Notes under the pieces: model-generated
The model's database searches: none
The model's input: the letters and a program-made list of their open reading frames with translations, nothing else
Told to the model about the DNA's origin: nothing
Made by a program: the position numbers and the translations under genes
In this document: piece by piece, positions 38,501-46,712 of the stretch
Layout: each line of letters opens with the position of its first letter
Position numbering within the stretch: the first letter of the stretch is position 1
Assembly (NCBI GenBank): GCA_038207785.1
Contig: JBBQZK010000001.1
Span: forward strand, 76,149-140,148
DNA: 64,000 nt
From: Candidatus Limnocylindria bacterium
GTDB taxonomy: Bacteria; Chloroflexota; Limnocylindria; P2-11E
Direction: 5' to 3'

Positions 38501-38823
38501 CGGACGATCTGCTCCCGGCGCTTCCGGCCGATGATGTCGCTCGTCAGCCTCGCAGCGGCCGCGACGATCGACACCGCGCCCGGCGGCAGGAAGACGATGC
38601 CCGCGACGATGGCCACGTCCGAAGGGCTCAAGTCCGCGTCGGGGTGGATCCGGATCGGCCGGGCTGCGAGGATCACGGTCGCGAGGTAGAGGCCGGCCAC
38701 GAGCCACAGCTGCACTGGCACCCTGGCGAGGCTGATCACGCCGATGGCGAGAAAGGGGAGTGACAGGAGCGCGGTCGCCGCGATCAGACCCGTCGTCGCG
38801 GATCGATCCCGCACGCCACTCAC
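35572..38823 (-). CDS. Membrane-anchored GAF-GAF-HD-GYP(degenerate)-GAF-GGDEF diguanylate cyclase
   Basis: N-terminal TM bundle; three GAF-like segments; HSLGKIG...ERWDGTGYP; DALTG, DIDGLKRVNDTYGHLAGD, RAEDIPARYGGDEF. Confidence 0.9.
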   Translation of the reverse strand: MSGVRDRSATTGLIAATALLSLPFLAIGVISLARVPVQLWLVAGLYLATVILAARPIRIHPDADLSPSDVAIVAGIVFLPPGAVSIVAAAARLTSDIIGRKRREQIVRNAAAIAISSGVGSLLYAIVWRAVAPQLDAPASIPAAVTAVLALVAVDLGQLYLLLVALRGAILDQGWRWFVRTGRAQLLWSLAAVITIEIILIEPWFLIPGIPLFVFGYLDIRARFVAERRARLLATLVEVGHAVGMSLDTTEVFRAVYAQVRTVLESDAFFVAIVDLARGQVSYRFLVDQDTELPREDLPAAGTLAGLVVERAEALLIRDTEHDMPKLGLVRSAWGTINERSVLVAPMRIQGVVVGALSVQSVKPNAYDAGDLALLVAIANEAAVAIERADLYARASGLSKRLVDLHRVGVELNSQQRMENVVPLFTKAFVDSIGASAAGVYLDNGGDTLEFAGNSTGRRPSDLLALSRSGAPSVVTAVASGTPLEVTDSDEAPEPMRSRMREWGHRALFVQPLRAASESVGVLLVTWTEPHRFTDDERELIGVLAGMGATAIRSTRLYQKLDDAYLSTVSKLTAMIQARDGYSEDHQRRIAADAVAVGERLGLDDATLRDLRYGSLFHSLGKIGVPATILAKSGPLTPEERKIVQEHPLLGARILESIEFLRSVVPIVRHANERWDGTGYPDALQGDAIPMAARILSVAIGYEAMLADRPYRLALPAEAAIAELRTLAGAWYDPAIVDLFVTMIEARGAVAAAEVVVGASRELSILAEITPEFHTLLDMQQLLKRILAILERHMPGSAFTIMLREEATGDLVVRAAGGAQADLTSPSRVENGRGLSGWAVQHGEAQIVEDVRSDPRYLGDPNVRSEMVVPLVSSGHTIGALVVSHPSVGVFGQRDLTLLQAVAAQIAAAIDVAELHERLKRAANTDALTGIHNYGYFYDRLEEEVARAERHATSLAVAYFDIDGLKRVNDTYGHLAGDAVLRTLGGLIGRRVRAEDIPARYGGDEFAIVMPETPRDEAERVVQRLMDELDGSEVDLSDGRKIRMPARSWGIAAYPLDGQTAKALVDNADTRAYARKRARADAR

Positions 38824-38877
38824 GTCGCGGTCAGGCTATCAGGGGCTCCCCGGCCCACCCTGTCGGGTCCGGATCAG

Positions 38878-39048
38878 CTACCGCGTACGAAGGTACCGCT
38901 CGAACAGGAGGATCGCGACGAAGATCGCGACCACGATGAGGAACTCTTGCGCGCCGCCTCGCTCGACCGCCGGCCGGACCACAACGAGCAGAAAGGCGAC
39001 GGCGAGCACCGAGCCCGCGGCCAGCATGAACGTGCGGCGGCGATCCAT
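38878..39048 (-). CDS. Small 2-TM membrane protein (56 aa), absent from the ORF track
   Basis: MDRRRTFMLAAGSVLAVAFLLVVVRPAVERGGAQEFLIVVAIFVAILLFERYLRTR; ATG 1 nt after the sdhB stop; high GC3. Confidence 0.65.
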   Translation of the reverse strand: MDRRRTFMLAAGSVLAVAFLLVVVRPAVERGGAQEFLIVVAIFVAILLFERYLRTR

Positions 39049-39049
39049 G

Positions 39050-39856
39050 TCAGGCCTTCGCGGACGGCGGCTCCGGCTCGCCCTTCCCGGGCTGCGTGGC
39101 CTTCTGACCGAGGATGCGGCGTTTCACCCACGCGAGGGGGTCGTAGAACTCCGTGACCACACGCTCTTTCAGCGGGATGATCGCGTTGTCCGTGATGTGG
39201 ATGTCCTCGGGACAGACCTCGCTGCAGCACTTGGTGATGTTGCAGAACCCGAGGCCCGCCTTCGCGCGGATCAGCTCCAGCCGGTCGTTCGTGTCCAGCG
39301 GATGCATCTCGAGCGCCGCGAGGCGCACGAACAACCGCGGGCCTGAGAAGGACTGCTTGTTCTCCTCGTGATCGCGGATCACGTGGCAGGTGTCCTGGCA
39401 GAGGAAGCACTCGATGCACTTGTGGAATTCCTGGACCCGGTCGACGTCCTCCTGGTACATCCGCCGCGTGCCATCGGCCTCCTTCGGCTTCGGCCTGAAC
39501 GCCGGGATCTCCTTGGCCTTCTCGTAGTTGTAGGAGACGTCGGTCACGAGGTCCTTGATGATCGGGAACGTCTTCATCGGTGAGACGGTGATCTCCTCGC
39601 CCGGGGTGAAGGTGTTCATCCGGGTCATGCACAGGAGGCGGGCCTTGCCGTTGATCTCCGCGCTGCACGAGCCGCATTTTCCGGCCTTGCAGTTCCACCG
39701 GACGGCCAGATCCGGGGCGCGCATTGCCTGGATCCGGTGGATCACGTCGAGCACGACCATGCCCTCGTCGGTCGGGACCTGGTAGGTCTCGTAGCGCCCG
39801 CCGTCCTTGTTGCCGCGCCACACCGACAGCGTGGCCTGCTGTTCGCCCTCGCTCAT
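39050..39856 (-). CDS. sdhB: Succinate dehydrogenase/fumarate reductase Fe-S subunit
   Basis: RWNCKAGKCGSC, CMTR, CIECFLCQDTC, CNITKCCSEVCP; ATGA overlap with sdhA. Confidence 0.93.
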   Translation of the reverse strand: MSEGEQQATLSVWRGNKDGGRYETYQVPTDEGMVVLDVIHRIQAMRAPDLAVRWNCKAGKCGSCSAEINGKARLLCMTRMNTFTPGEEITVSPMKTFPIIKDLVTDVSYNYEKAKEIPAFRPKPKEADGTRRMYQEDVDRVQEFHKCIECFLCQDTCHVIRDHEENKQSFSGPRLFVRLAALEMHPLDTNDRLELIRAKAGLGFCNITKCCSEVCPEDIHITDNAIIPLKERVVTEFYDPLAWVKRRILGQKATQPGKGEPEPPSAKA

Positions 39857-41682
39857 GCCGGCTGCTTCTCCTGCGCCGGCTGCTTCTCTTCGGACAGCAC
39901 CAGCTGCCGAAGCTCTTCCGGGAGCTGCGGCAGCGGCTCGGTGGTGAGCTGCAGCGCATCGCCGCGCTTGCGGGTCACCACGTTCTTCTTCCCCCACTCC
40001 GGGTCGGACTTCGGGTAGTCCTCGCGGGTGTGGCCGCCGCGGCTCTCCTGGCGGAGCAGCGCCGATCGCGCGCACGCCTGCGACACCGCGAGCAGCGAAT
40101 TGAGATCGAGAGCCAGGTGCCATCCCGGGTTGAACTGGCGGTTGCCTTCGACGGTGACGCGGCCGACGCGCTCGGCAAGCTCGTCAAGCTTCGTGATGGC
40201 CTGCGTGAGCTCCGCCTCGGTGCGGATGATCCCGACGAGCTCGTGCATCGTCTGCTGCAGCTCAGCGTGGAGCGCGTACGGGTTCTCACCGCCCTCGGTC
40301 TCGAATGGCGCGAGCATCGCCCGGGCCGCCGGCTCGACCTGCGCGTCGTCGACGGTCTTCGCGTTCGTGCGGCTCGCGTATGCCGCCGCGCCCGCGCCGG
40401 CCCGGCGGCCGAACACGAGGAGGTCCGACAGCGAGTTGCCGCCGAGCCGGTTGGCCCCATGCATGCCGGCGGCGACCTCACCCGCCGCGAACAACCCCGG
40501 CACCGTGGACGCCGCGGTCTCCGGCTCGACGCGCACGCCGCCCATGATGTAGTGCAGCGTTGGGCCCACCTCCATGGGCGTGGCGGTGATGTCCACGTCG
40601 GCCAGCTCCTTGAACTGGTGATACATCGAGGGCAGCCGCTTGCGGATGTACTCGGCCGGCCGGCGAGAGGCGATATCGAGGAACACGCCGCCGTTCTTGG
40701 TGCCCCGCCCCGCCTTGACCTCGGCGTTGATCGCGCGGGCGACCTCATCGCGGGGCAGGAGGTCGGGCGTGCGCCGGTTGTTCTTCTTGTCCTCGTACCA
40801 GGCGTCGGCCTCGCGCTCTGTGTCGGCCGTGTCGCCGCGAAAGAACTCCGGGATGTAGTCGAACATGAAGCGCTTGCCCTGATTGTTCTTGAGCGTGCCG
40901 CCGTCTCCGCGCACGCCCTCGGTGACCAGGATCCCGCGGACGCTCGCCGGCGCGACCATGCCGGTGGGATGGAATTGCACCATCTCCATGTCGATGAGGT
41001 CCGCACCGGCATCGAGGGCCATCGCGATGCCGTCGCCGGTGTACTCCCAGGAGTTCGACGTGATCTTCCAGGCCTTGCCCACGCCGCCGGTCGCGAGCAC
41101 GACGGCCCGCGCGCCGAACAGGACGAACTTCCCGGTCTCCCGCCAGTAGCCAAAGGCGCCCGCGATCTTCCCGCCATCCGTGAGCAGCCGCTGCAGCGTG
41201 CACTCCATGTATACATCGATGCCCTTGTGCACGGCATGCTGCTGCAGGATGCGGATCATCTCGAGCCCTGTTCGGTCACCGACGTGCGCCAACCGCGCGT
41301 AGCGGTGTCCGCCGAAGTCGCGCTGCAGGATGAGCCCCTCCACCGTGCGATCGAACAGGGCGCCCCACTCCTCGAGCTCGAGGACCCGGTCGGGCGCCTC
41401 CTGGGCGTGCAGCTGGGCCATGCGCCAGTTGTTGAGCAGCTTGCCCCCGCGCATGGTGTCGCGGAAGTGGACGCGCCAGTTGTCTTCCTTCCACACGTTC
41501 CCGAGCGCGGCGGCGATCCCGCCTTCGGCCATGACGGTGTGGGCCTTGCCGAGGAGCGACTTGCAGATGAGCGCGGTGCGCGCCCCGGCGGCCGACGACT
41601 CGACCGCGGCCCGGAGGCCCGCGCCGCCCGCGCCGACCACGATCACGTCGTAGTCGTGGCGCTCGATCCCTTGGAGGCTCAT
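39853..41682 (-). CDS. sdhA: Succinate dehydrogenase/fumarate reductase flavoprotein subunit
   Basis: VGAGGAGLRAA, KAHTVMAEGG (covalent-FAD His), QFHPTG, TEGVRGDGG, HYIMGG, HGANRLGGNSL, ESRGGH. Confidence 0.94.
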   Translation of the reverse strand: MSLQGIERHDYDVIVVGAGGAGLRAAVESSAAGARTALICKSLLGKAHTVMAEGGIAAALGNVWKEDNWRVHFRDTMRGGKLLNNWRMAQLHAQEAPDRVLELEEWGALFDRTVEGLILQRDFGGHRYARLAHVGDRTGLEMIRILQQHAVHKGIDVYMECTLQRLLTDGGKIAGAFGYWRETGKFVLFGARAVVLATGGVGKAWKITSNSWEYTGDGIAMALDAGADLIDMEMVQFHPTGMVAPASVRGILVTEGVRGDGGTLKNNQGKRFMFDYIPEFFRGDTADTEREADAWYEDKKNNRRTPDLLPRDEVARAINAEVKAGRGTKNGGVFLDIASRRPAEYIRKRLPSMYHQFKELADVDITATPMEVGPTLHYIMGGVRVEPETAASTVPGLFAAGEVAAGMHGANRLGGNSLSDLLVFGRRAGAGAAAYASRTNAKTVDDAQVEPAARAMLAPFETEGGENPYALHAELQQTMHELVGIIRTEAELTQAITKLDELAERVGRVTVEGNRQFNPGWHLALDLNSLLAVSQACARSALLRQESRGGHTREDYPKSDPEWGKKNVVTRKRGDALQLTTEPLPQLPEELRQLVLSEEKQPAQEKQPA

Positions 41683-42449
41683 GAGATCCATCTGGGATCG
41701 GCGAACACGCCCATCGCAAGAAGCCGGATGTACAGGTCGGTGAGCCCGACGACGATGAGGCTCGCCCAGGCCCAGCGGTTATGCCGCGCGTTGAGCCGGT
41801 TCGAGAAGGCCCACAGGCGATAGCGCAGCGAGGCGCGGTGGAACGAGTCGAGGTATCCCCCCACCAGATATCGAGCCGCGTGGCAGCCGAACGTGAAGCC
41901 CGTGAGGAGCACGACGTTGATGAGCATGATCACGGTGCCGAGCCCGATGCCGAACCGGCCGGCGAAGTTGAATGCCGAGATCGCGTCCCACCACAGGATC
42001 AGGAGGATCGGTATGGCCAGGTACAGCGCGTACCGATGGAAGTTCTGGATGATGAACGGGAAGCGCGTTTCACCGGAGTAGCTCTTGGGACCGTCGGGCA
42101 CGAGGCACGCCGGCGGTGTCCTGAAGAAGCCGCGGTAATACGTGCGGCGGTAGTAGTAGCACGTGAACCGGAGCGCGAGGGGCGAGCCGACGACCAGGAT
42201 CGCGGGCGACAGGTTCCACCACGAGCCAAGGACCGGCAGCGTCGGGTGTACGCAGTTCTGCGCCAGGCATGGCGAGTAGAACGGCGAGAGGTACGGCTCG
42301 AAGAAGTAGTTGGCGTTCACCAGGCTGGCCCACGTCGCGTAGAGGATGAAGCCGCCGAGCACGACGACGTAGGTGACGGGCTCGACCCACCAGAGGTCCT
42401 TCCGCTCCACGCGGTCCCCGATCCGGCGCACGCCGGAGGCCGTCGCCAT
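41679..42449 (-). CDS. Succinate dehydrogenase membrane anchor, mycobacterial Sdh1 (Rv0249c)-like
   Basis: YLSPFYSP, RFTCYYYR, YSGETRFP...QNFHRY, TFGCH, H..WAW.SL...TDLY.R; start ATG 42449. Confidence 0.85.
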   Translation of the reverse strand: MATASGVRRIGDRVERKDLWWVEPVTYVVVLGGFILYATWASLVNANYFFEPYLSPFYSPCLAQNCVHPTLPVLGSWWNLSPAILVVGSPLALRFTCYYYRRTYYRGFFRTPPACLVPDGPKSYSGETRFPFIIQNFHRYALYLAIPILLILWWDAISAFNFAGRFGIGLGTVIMLINVVLLTGFTFGCHAARYLVGGYLDSFHRASLRYRLWAFSNRLNARHNRWAWASLIVVGLTDLYIRLLAMGVFADPRWIS

Positions 42450-42507
42450 CGGTGGAAACGTAGGCCCGGGGCTCCGTGCTGACAAAGACATAGTTGGCAC
42501 CGTTGCT

Positions 42508-42522
42508 ATAGCCGTAGGCTAT
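42508..42522. promoter_or_regulatory. LysR recognition box, inverted repeat ATAGCC-GTA-GGCTAT
   Basis: ATAG-N7-CTAT / T-N11-A just upstream of the lysR ATG 42529, divergent from sdh. Confidence 0.7.
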
Positions 42523-42528
42523 GAATCG

Positions 42529-43404
42529 ATGGAGCTGCACCAGCTGCGGTACTTCGTGTCCGTTGCGGAGACCGGCCGGTTCACGGCCGCCGCCCGAGAG
42601 CTCCACGTCGCCCAGCCCTCGATCAGCAAGCAGGTCCGGAAGCTGGAGACCGAGCTTGGCGCCGTGCTCCTTGAGCGGCGGAAGGCCGGCATCGTCGTCA
42701 CCGACGCCGGCGCGATCCTCCTGCCGTGGGCCAAGCGGGTGCTCGCCGACGTGGACGGCGCTCGATCCGAGGTCGCCGGACTCGCGACGCTCGAGCGCGG
42801 CCGGCTGTCCGTGGGAGCGACGCCGAGCGTGAGCACGGTGCTGCTGCCGCGGGTGCTCGCGGCGTTCCACGCCGAGCATCCGGGTGTCACCCTCAGCGTC
42901 ATCGAAGCCGGCTCGCGCGATCTCGTGGACCGTCTCGCCGCGGGCGACCTCGACCTCGCGCTCGTCATCCTGCCGGTGCCGCACGAGGAGCTCTTCGAGA
43001 CGGCTCCCCTGCTCCGCGAGGAGCTCGTGCTCGCGGTGGCGAAGCAGCATCCACTCGCGCGGCGAAAGACCGTGAAGGTCGCGGACCTGCGCGGGGTGCC
43101 GCTGGTCATGTTCAGGGACGGCTACGACCTGCGGAGCGCGACGATCGCCGCGTGCGAGCAGGCCGGCTTTCATCCGACGTTCGCGATCGAAGGCGCGGAG
43201 ATGGATGGGGTGCTCCGGATGGCGGCGGCCGGCGTGGGCGTCGCGGTCGTGCCGCGCATGGTCGTAGAGAAGGGCGGGCCGCTCGTGGCGGTGCGCCTCT
43301 CGCAGCCGACCCTCTCCCGCTCGGTCGGGGTCGCGTTCCGCCGCGACCGCCATCACTCGCGCGCGGCCGACGCGTTCGTGGCGCGCCTGCGGGCCTTCAT
43401 CTAG
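42529..43404 (+). CDS. LysR family transcriptional regulator, divergent from the sdh operon
   Basis: MELHQLRYFV.VAE.G.FT.AA..LHVAQPSIS.Q...LE.ELG. Confidence 0.95.
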   Translation: MELHQLRYFVSVAETGRFTAAARELHVAQPSISKQVRKLETELGAVLLERRKAGIVVTDAGAILLPWAKRVLADVDGARSEVAGLATLERGRLSVGATPSVSTVLLPRVLAAFHAEHPGVTLSVIEAGSRDLVDRLAAGDLDLALVILPVPHEELFETAPLLREELVLAVAKQHPLARRKTVKVADLRGVPLVMFRDGYDLRSATIAACEQAGFHPTFAIEGAEMDGVLRMAAAGVGVAVVPRMVVEKGGPLVAVRLSQPTLSRSVGVAFRRDRHHSRAADAFVARLRAFI

Positions 43405-43414
43405 GGTCTCCCCC

Positions 43415-43798
43415 GTGCCAGCGCTCAACGCCATCGGGATCGTGTCGAAGGATCTGGACGCCTCCGTCCGCTTCTATCGGCTCCTGGACGTCGCGTTCGC
43501 CGATCCTGACGGCGACCACCTCGAGGCGACCCTGGCGAACGGCCTTCGGCTGATGCTCGATGACCTCACGCTGATCAAGCAGTTCGACACCGGGTGGACC
43601 GAGCCGAAGGGCCATCGGATGGGCCTCGCGTTCGAGTGCGCAAGCCCGGCTGAGGTGGACGCGCTGCACGCGAAGCTGACCGCGGCGGGCCACCCCTCAC
43701 GGATGGCTCCCTGGGATGCGCCGTGGCGCCAGCGGTATGCGCAGGTGCTCGATCCAGACGACAACGTCGTGGATCTCTTCGCGGCCCTCCCGGCCTAG
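43415..43798 (+). CDS. VOC/glyoxalase family protein
   Basis: IGIVSKDL.ASVRFY, LAFEC, PWDAPWRQRYAQV.DPDDN.VDLF; TAGGGT -10 7 nt upstream. Confidence 0.9.
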   Translation: MPALNAIGIVSKDLDASVRFYRLLDVAFADPDGDHLEATLANGLRLMLDDLTLIKQFDTGWTEPKGHRMGLAFECASPAEVDALHAKLTAAGHPSRMAPWDAPWRQRYAQVLDPDDNVVDLFAALPA

Positions 43799-44469
43799 CC
43801 CAGGTCCCGCACCGGCAGCGGGTGCTCGCCGGCGCTGTCGACCAGGAACGCCCGGCCGCCTTCCCGCCCGGATACGACCTCGATCAGGTGCTCGTCCGCG
43901 TAGCTGGCGGCGACGGCATCGTCGAGCGCGATCCCCGCCGGCAGCCCCGCTCCGATCTCCCGCGCGTAGACGGTCGCACGGCGCGCCTCGCTGTCGTAGT
44001 GCGGCGTGGCGCTCCCGCGCAGGAACCCGAGGCCATCGCGCAACGCACCGAGCTCCGGGGTGAACGAGTCGGTCGTGCCACCCTCGAACCAGCAGATGCA
44101 CCCCGCGGACCAGCCCGTCAGCACGGTCCCCGCCTCGTACGCGGCGCGGAGCGCGCGATCGACTCCGTGCACGCGCCAGATCGCGAGCATGTTCGCGGTG
44201 TTGCCTCCGCCCACGATGACCACGTCCTGATCGCGGATCCGTCCATCGATGTCCTCGACCGTGCGGTCGAACAGGTGCAGCACGTCGATATCGCACGGGC
44301 GTCCGGTGAACGCCTGGCGGAAGAGCATCTGGTATCCCGAGGCGTCGCCGGACGCCGTGGGCAGGAACAGCACCTTTGGGCGCGTGCGCTTCGCGAACGA
44401 GAGCACGTAGTCGATCAGCGTTGGATAGAACAGCTCGCGCCCCCCGCAGGCGACGATCCGTCGGGTCAC
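43795..44469 (-). CDS. Peptidase E (S51) family protein
   Basis: FLPTASGD, VGGGNTANML, GWSAG, PHYD. Confidence 0.9.
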   Translation of the reverse strand: MTRRIVACGGRELFYPTLIDYVLSFAKRTRPKVLFLPTASGDASGYQMLFRQAFTGRPCDIDVLHLFDRTVEDIDGRIRDQDVVIVGGGNTANMLAIWRVHGVDRALRAAYEAGTVLTGWSAGCICWFEGGTTDSFTPELGALRDGLGFLRGSATPHYDSEARRATVYAREIGAGLPAGIALDDAVAASYADEHLIEVVSGREGGRAFLVDSAGEHPLPVRDLG

Positions 44470-44505
44470 GGCGTGGCCGCGGTCATGCGTTCCAGGACGT
44501 CAATG

Positions 44506-44895
44506 CTAGGCGGGCTGGCTGCGCCGGAGGGCGAGGGCGAACACGGCTGGGATGATCAGGAACCCGATCGCGAAGGTCGCAACCCAGAGGAGCAGGGCGC
44601 CGCCATTGCAGGTGAGCTGACCGGCGCAGCCCTCGATGGAGCGCTGCCGCTCGATCAGGAGCAGCGGAAGGCTCGCCGGCGCGGCGACGACCGACGCGGT
44701 GACGAACGCCGTTGCGACGGTCGGGATCGATCGCGCGATGCTGCCGGCACGCGGATCGACGCGGCGCGCGGACCAGGCCGCCCAGGTCATCGCCGCGACG
44801 GAGGCGACAGCGGCGAACGCGACCGACCAGCCGCGCGGCGCCCAGAGCTCCCAGGCCGTGAGCGCCGCCCAGTACGCGAGCTTGATGGTGGTCAT
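44506..44895 (-). CDS. Hypothetical membrane protein (about 4 TM)
   Basis: Hydrophobic ORF with a CxxxxxC loop; start uncertain (ATG 44895 preferred; track GTG 44973 overlaps the small ORF upstream). Confidence 0.55.
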   Translation of the reverse strand: MTTIKLAYWAALTAWELWAPRGWSVAFAAVASVAAMTWAAWSARRVDPRAGSIARSIPTVATAFVTASVVAAPASLPLLLIERQRSIEGCAGQLTCNGGALLLWVATFAIGFLIIPAVFALALRRSQPA

Positions 44896-44951
44896 ACGAC
44901 CGACGAGGAGATTCAGGGTGCGGAAGTACGGCCGCGGTCGCGCTGGGTCGT

Positions 44952-45062
44952 CTAGCGGTAGTTGGTCCACCACTTCTGGAGGAAGTAGAGCGTAGCGATG
45001 AGGATCACGGTCGTGATCGCCACCATGTAGAACTCGTTGGCCTCGCCGATCTCGGTGATCAT
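44952..45062 (-). CDS. 36-aa single-TM protein, candidate small subunit of the Rieske/cyt b6 complex
   Basis: MITEIGEANEFYMVAITTVILIATLYFLQKWWTNYR; AGGAG SD about 7 nt upstream; 10 nt after the cyt c stop; nearly all GC3 codons. Confidence 0.7.
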   Translation of the reverse strand: MITEIGEANEFYMVAITTVILIATLYFLQKWWTNYR

Positions 45063-45072
45063 GCCGGCGCTC

Positions 45073-46164
45073 CTACTTCAGGCTCTTGAGGTACGCGACG
45101 AGCGCGTTGATCTGGTCGGGGTCGAGCGTACCGCCCTCGGCCTTCGCGAAGATCGGCATCAGGATCCCAGGCTTGATCTTCGGCGCGTGCGACTCCCAGT
45201 CGATGAGCCACTGGTCGCTCGAGCCGGCCGCGGCCTTCGCGGCCTTGTTCTCCGCGTTGATCGGGCCCTCCGTGCCGTAATGCCCGAGGTTCGGGGCAGC
45301 GGCGATCGGCGAATTCGTTCCCGGCGTGAAGCTGTGGCACGTCGAGCACGATCCCTGGGCGATCTGCTTCCCGAGCGAGACGGGGTCGCCGCCCGTGGCC
45401 GTCGATTGCGGGGGGTTCGGCACGTCGGAGAATCCCAGCTCGCGGCGCACCGTCACGATGTCGGCCCACTCCTTGTCCGGCGCGCGCTCGATGAACGTGA
45501 TGAGCTGGCGGATCTGCTCGTCGTTGAGCGGGCCGCCATCCTGCGGACCCCAGGCCGGCATCGAGATGCTCGGCGGCGGCTTGAGGCGACCGCGATGGAT
45601 GGTGAGGTCGAGCAGCGAGTCGACCGCGGCGAGCTTGGCCGGATCGTTCTTTATGCTGTCGTACTTGAAGTCCGGCTTGTTGAGCGGCAGGCCGACGCCG
45701 ACGTCCCCCTTGCCCTCCTTGCCGTGACAGTCGAAGCACAGGTTCGCGTACAGGTTGCGGCCCCGCGTGATCGCCGCCTCAGCCTGATGCTCCTCCGCGA
45801 CCCGGTCACGCCAGGTCCCACTGCTTGCGTCGGCGCGTACGACGAGGAGCGTGAACAGGTACGCGCCGACGAGCGCGAAGACCGCGAACAGCATGAGCCC
45901 GCCGAGCACGACCTTCTTGTCTAGATTGGCCGCGATCTCGAGCGGGTCGGGCGAGCTGGGGATGGGCGCGACGTAGTACGGGGTCGGCTGCTCGATGGTC
46001 TCGCCGGCGCCATAGTGCTGGCGGATCAGCTCGACACCTTCGACGGGACGCTCCTCGGGCTCGACCGCGTTCTGGTGCCGGATGAGGAACGCGAAGAAGC
46101 CGATGAGCCCCACGAAGAGCGCGATGCTGAGCGCAGCGAGGATGACGTTGGGGTCGAGGGTCAT
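45073..46164 (-). CDS. Membrane-anchored diheme cytochrome c
   Basis: Two N-terminal TMs; CFDCH...MPAWG and CSTCH...MPIF; ATGA overlap with the Rieske gene. Confidence 0.9.
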   Translation of the reverse strand: MTLDPNVILAALSIALFVGLIGFFAFLIRHQNAVEPEERPVEGVELIRQHYGAGETIEQPTPYYVAPIPSSPDPLEIAANLDKKVVLGGLMLFAVFALVGAYLFTLLVVRADASSGTWRDRVAEEHQAEAAITRGRNLYANLCFDCHGKEGKGDVGVGLPLNKPDFKYDSIKNDPAKLAAVDSLLDLTIHRGRLKPPPSISMPAWGPQDGGPLNDEQIRQLITFIERAPDKEWADIVTVRRELGFSDVPNPPQSTATGGDPVSLGKQIAQGSCSTCHSFTPGTNSPIAAAPNLGHYGTEGPINAENKAAKAAAGSSDQWLIDWESHAPKIKPGILMPIFAKAEGGTLDPDQINALVAYLKSLK

Positions 46165-46712
46165 GCCTTGACCTCGACGACGGAGGGATCCCATTCGTTC
46201 TTGGAGCGATCGATGACCTCGAGCGGGTTCGTGTTCACCACCAGCGTGCCGTTCGTGTCGGTGATGTGGAACAGCTGGAGCGGCTTCGGCGCGGGTCCGC
46301 CCTCCACGACGGCGGTCTGCTTGTTGTAGATCGACCCGTGACAGGGGCAGTGGAACCGGTTCTCGGACGGCACGTATGGCACCGAGCAGCCCAGGTGGGT
46401 GCACTTGCGATACGCCGCGACGATCCCGCCCTCGGGCGTGTGCAGCAGGAAGAACTTGCCCTGGGTGTTGAGGATGGGCGCGTCCTGGGTGGAGGAGAAC
46501 TGCGCGAGGACGGATTCCTTGGTCCCGACGGGCACTTTCGCGCCCAGGCCCACGATCTTGTTCGGCTTCATGAACGGGTACAGCAGTGCGGTGATCTCGC
46601 CGAGCGCGAGCAGCGTGCCGCCGAGGAACCCGAGCCGTAGCAGCTGCCGGCGCTTGATGCGACCCAGGATGCCGCCGCTGCTGGTCGTGACGTCGTCGTG
46701 TGGGCGGATCAT
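46161..46712 (-). CDS. Rieske [2Fe-2S] protein of a Rieske/cyt b complex
   Basis: Tat-like KRRQLL + TM; CTHLGC, CPCHGSIY, GPAPKPL; ATGA overlap with subunit IV. Confidence 0.93.
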   Translation of the reverse strand: MIRPHDDVTTSSGGILGRIKRRQLLRLGFLGGTLLALGEITALLYPFMKPNKIVGLGAKVPVGTKESVLAQFSSTQDAPILNTQGKFFLLHTPEGGIVAAYRKCTHLGCSVPYVPSENRFHCPCHGSIYNKQTAVVEGGPAPKPLQLFHITDTNGTLVVNTNPLEVIDRSKNEWDPSVVEVKA

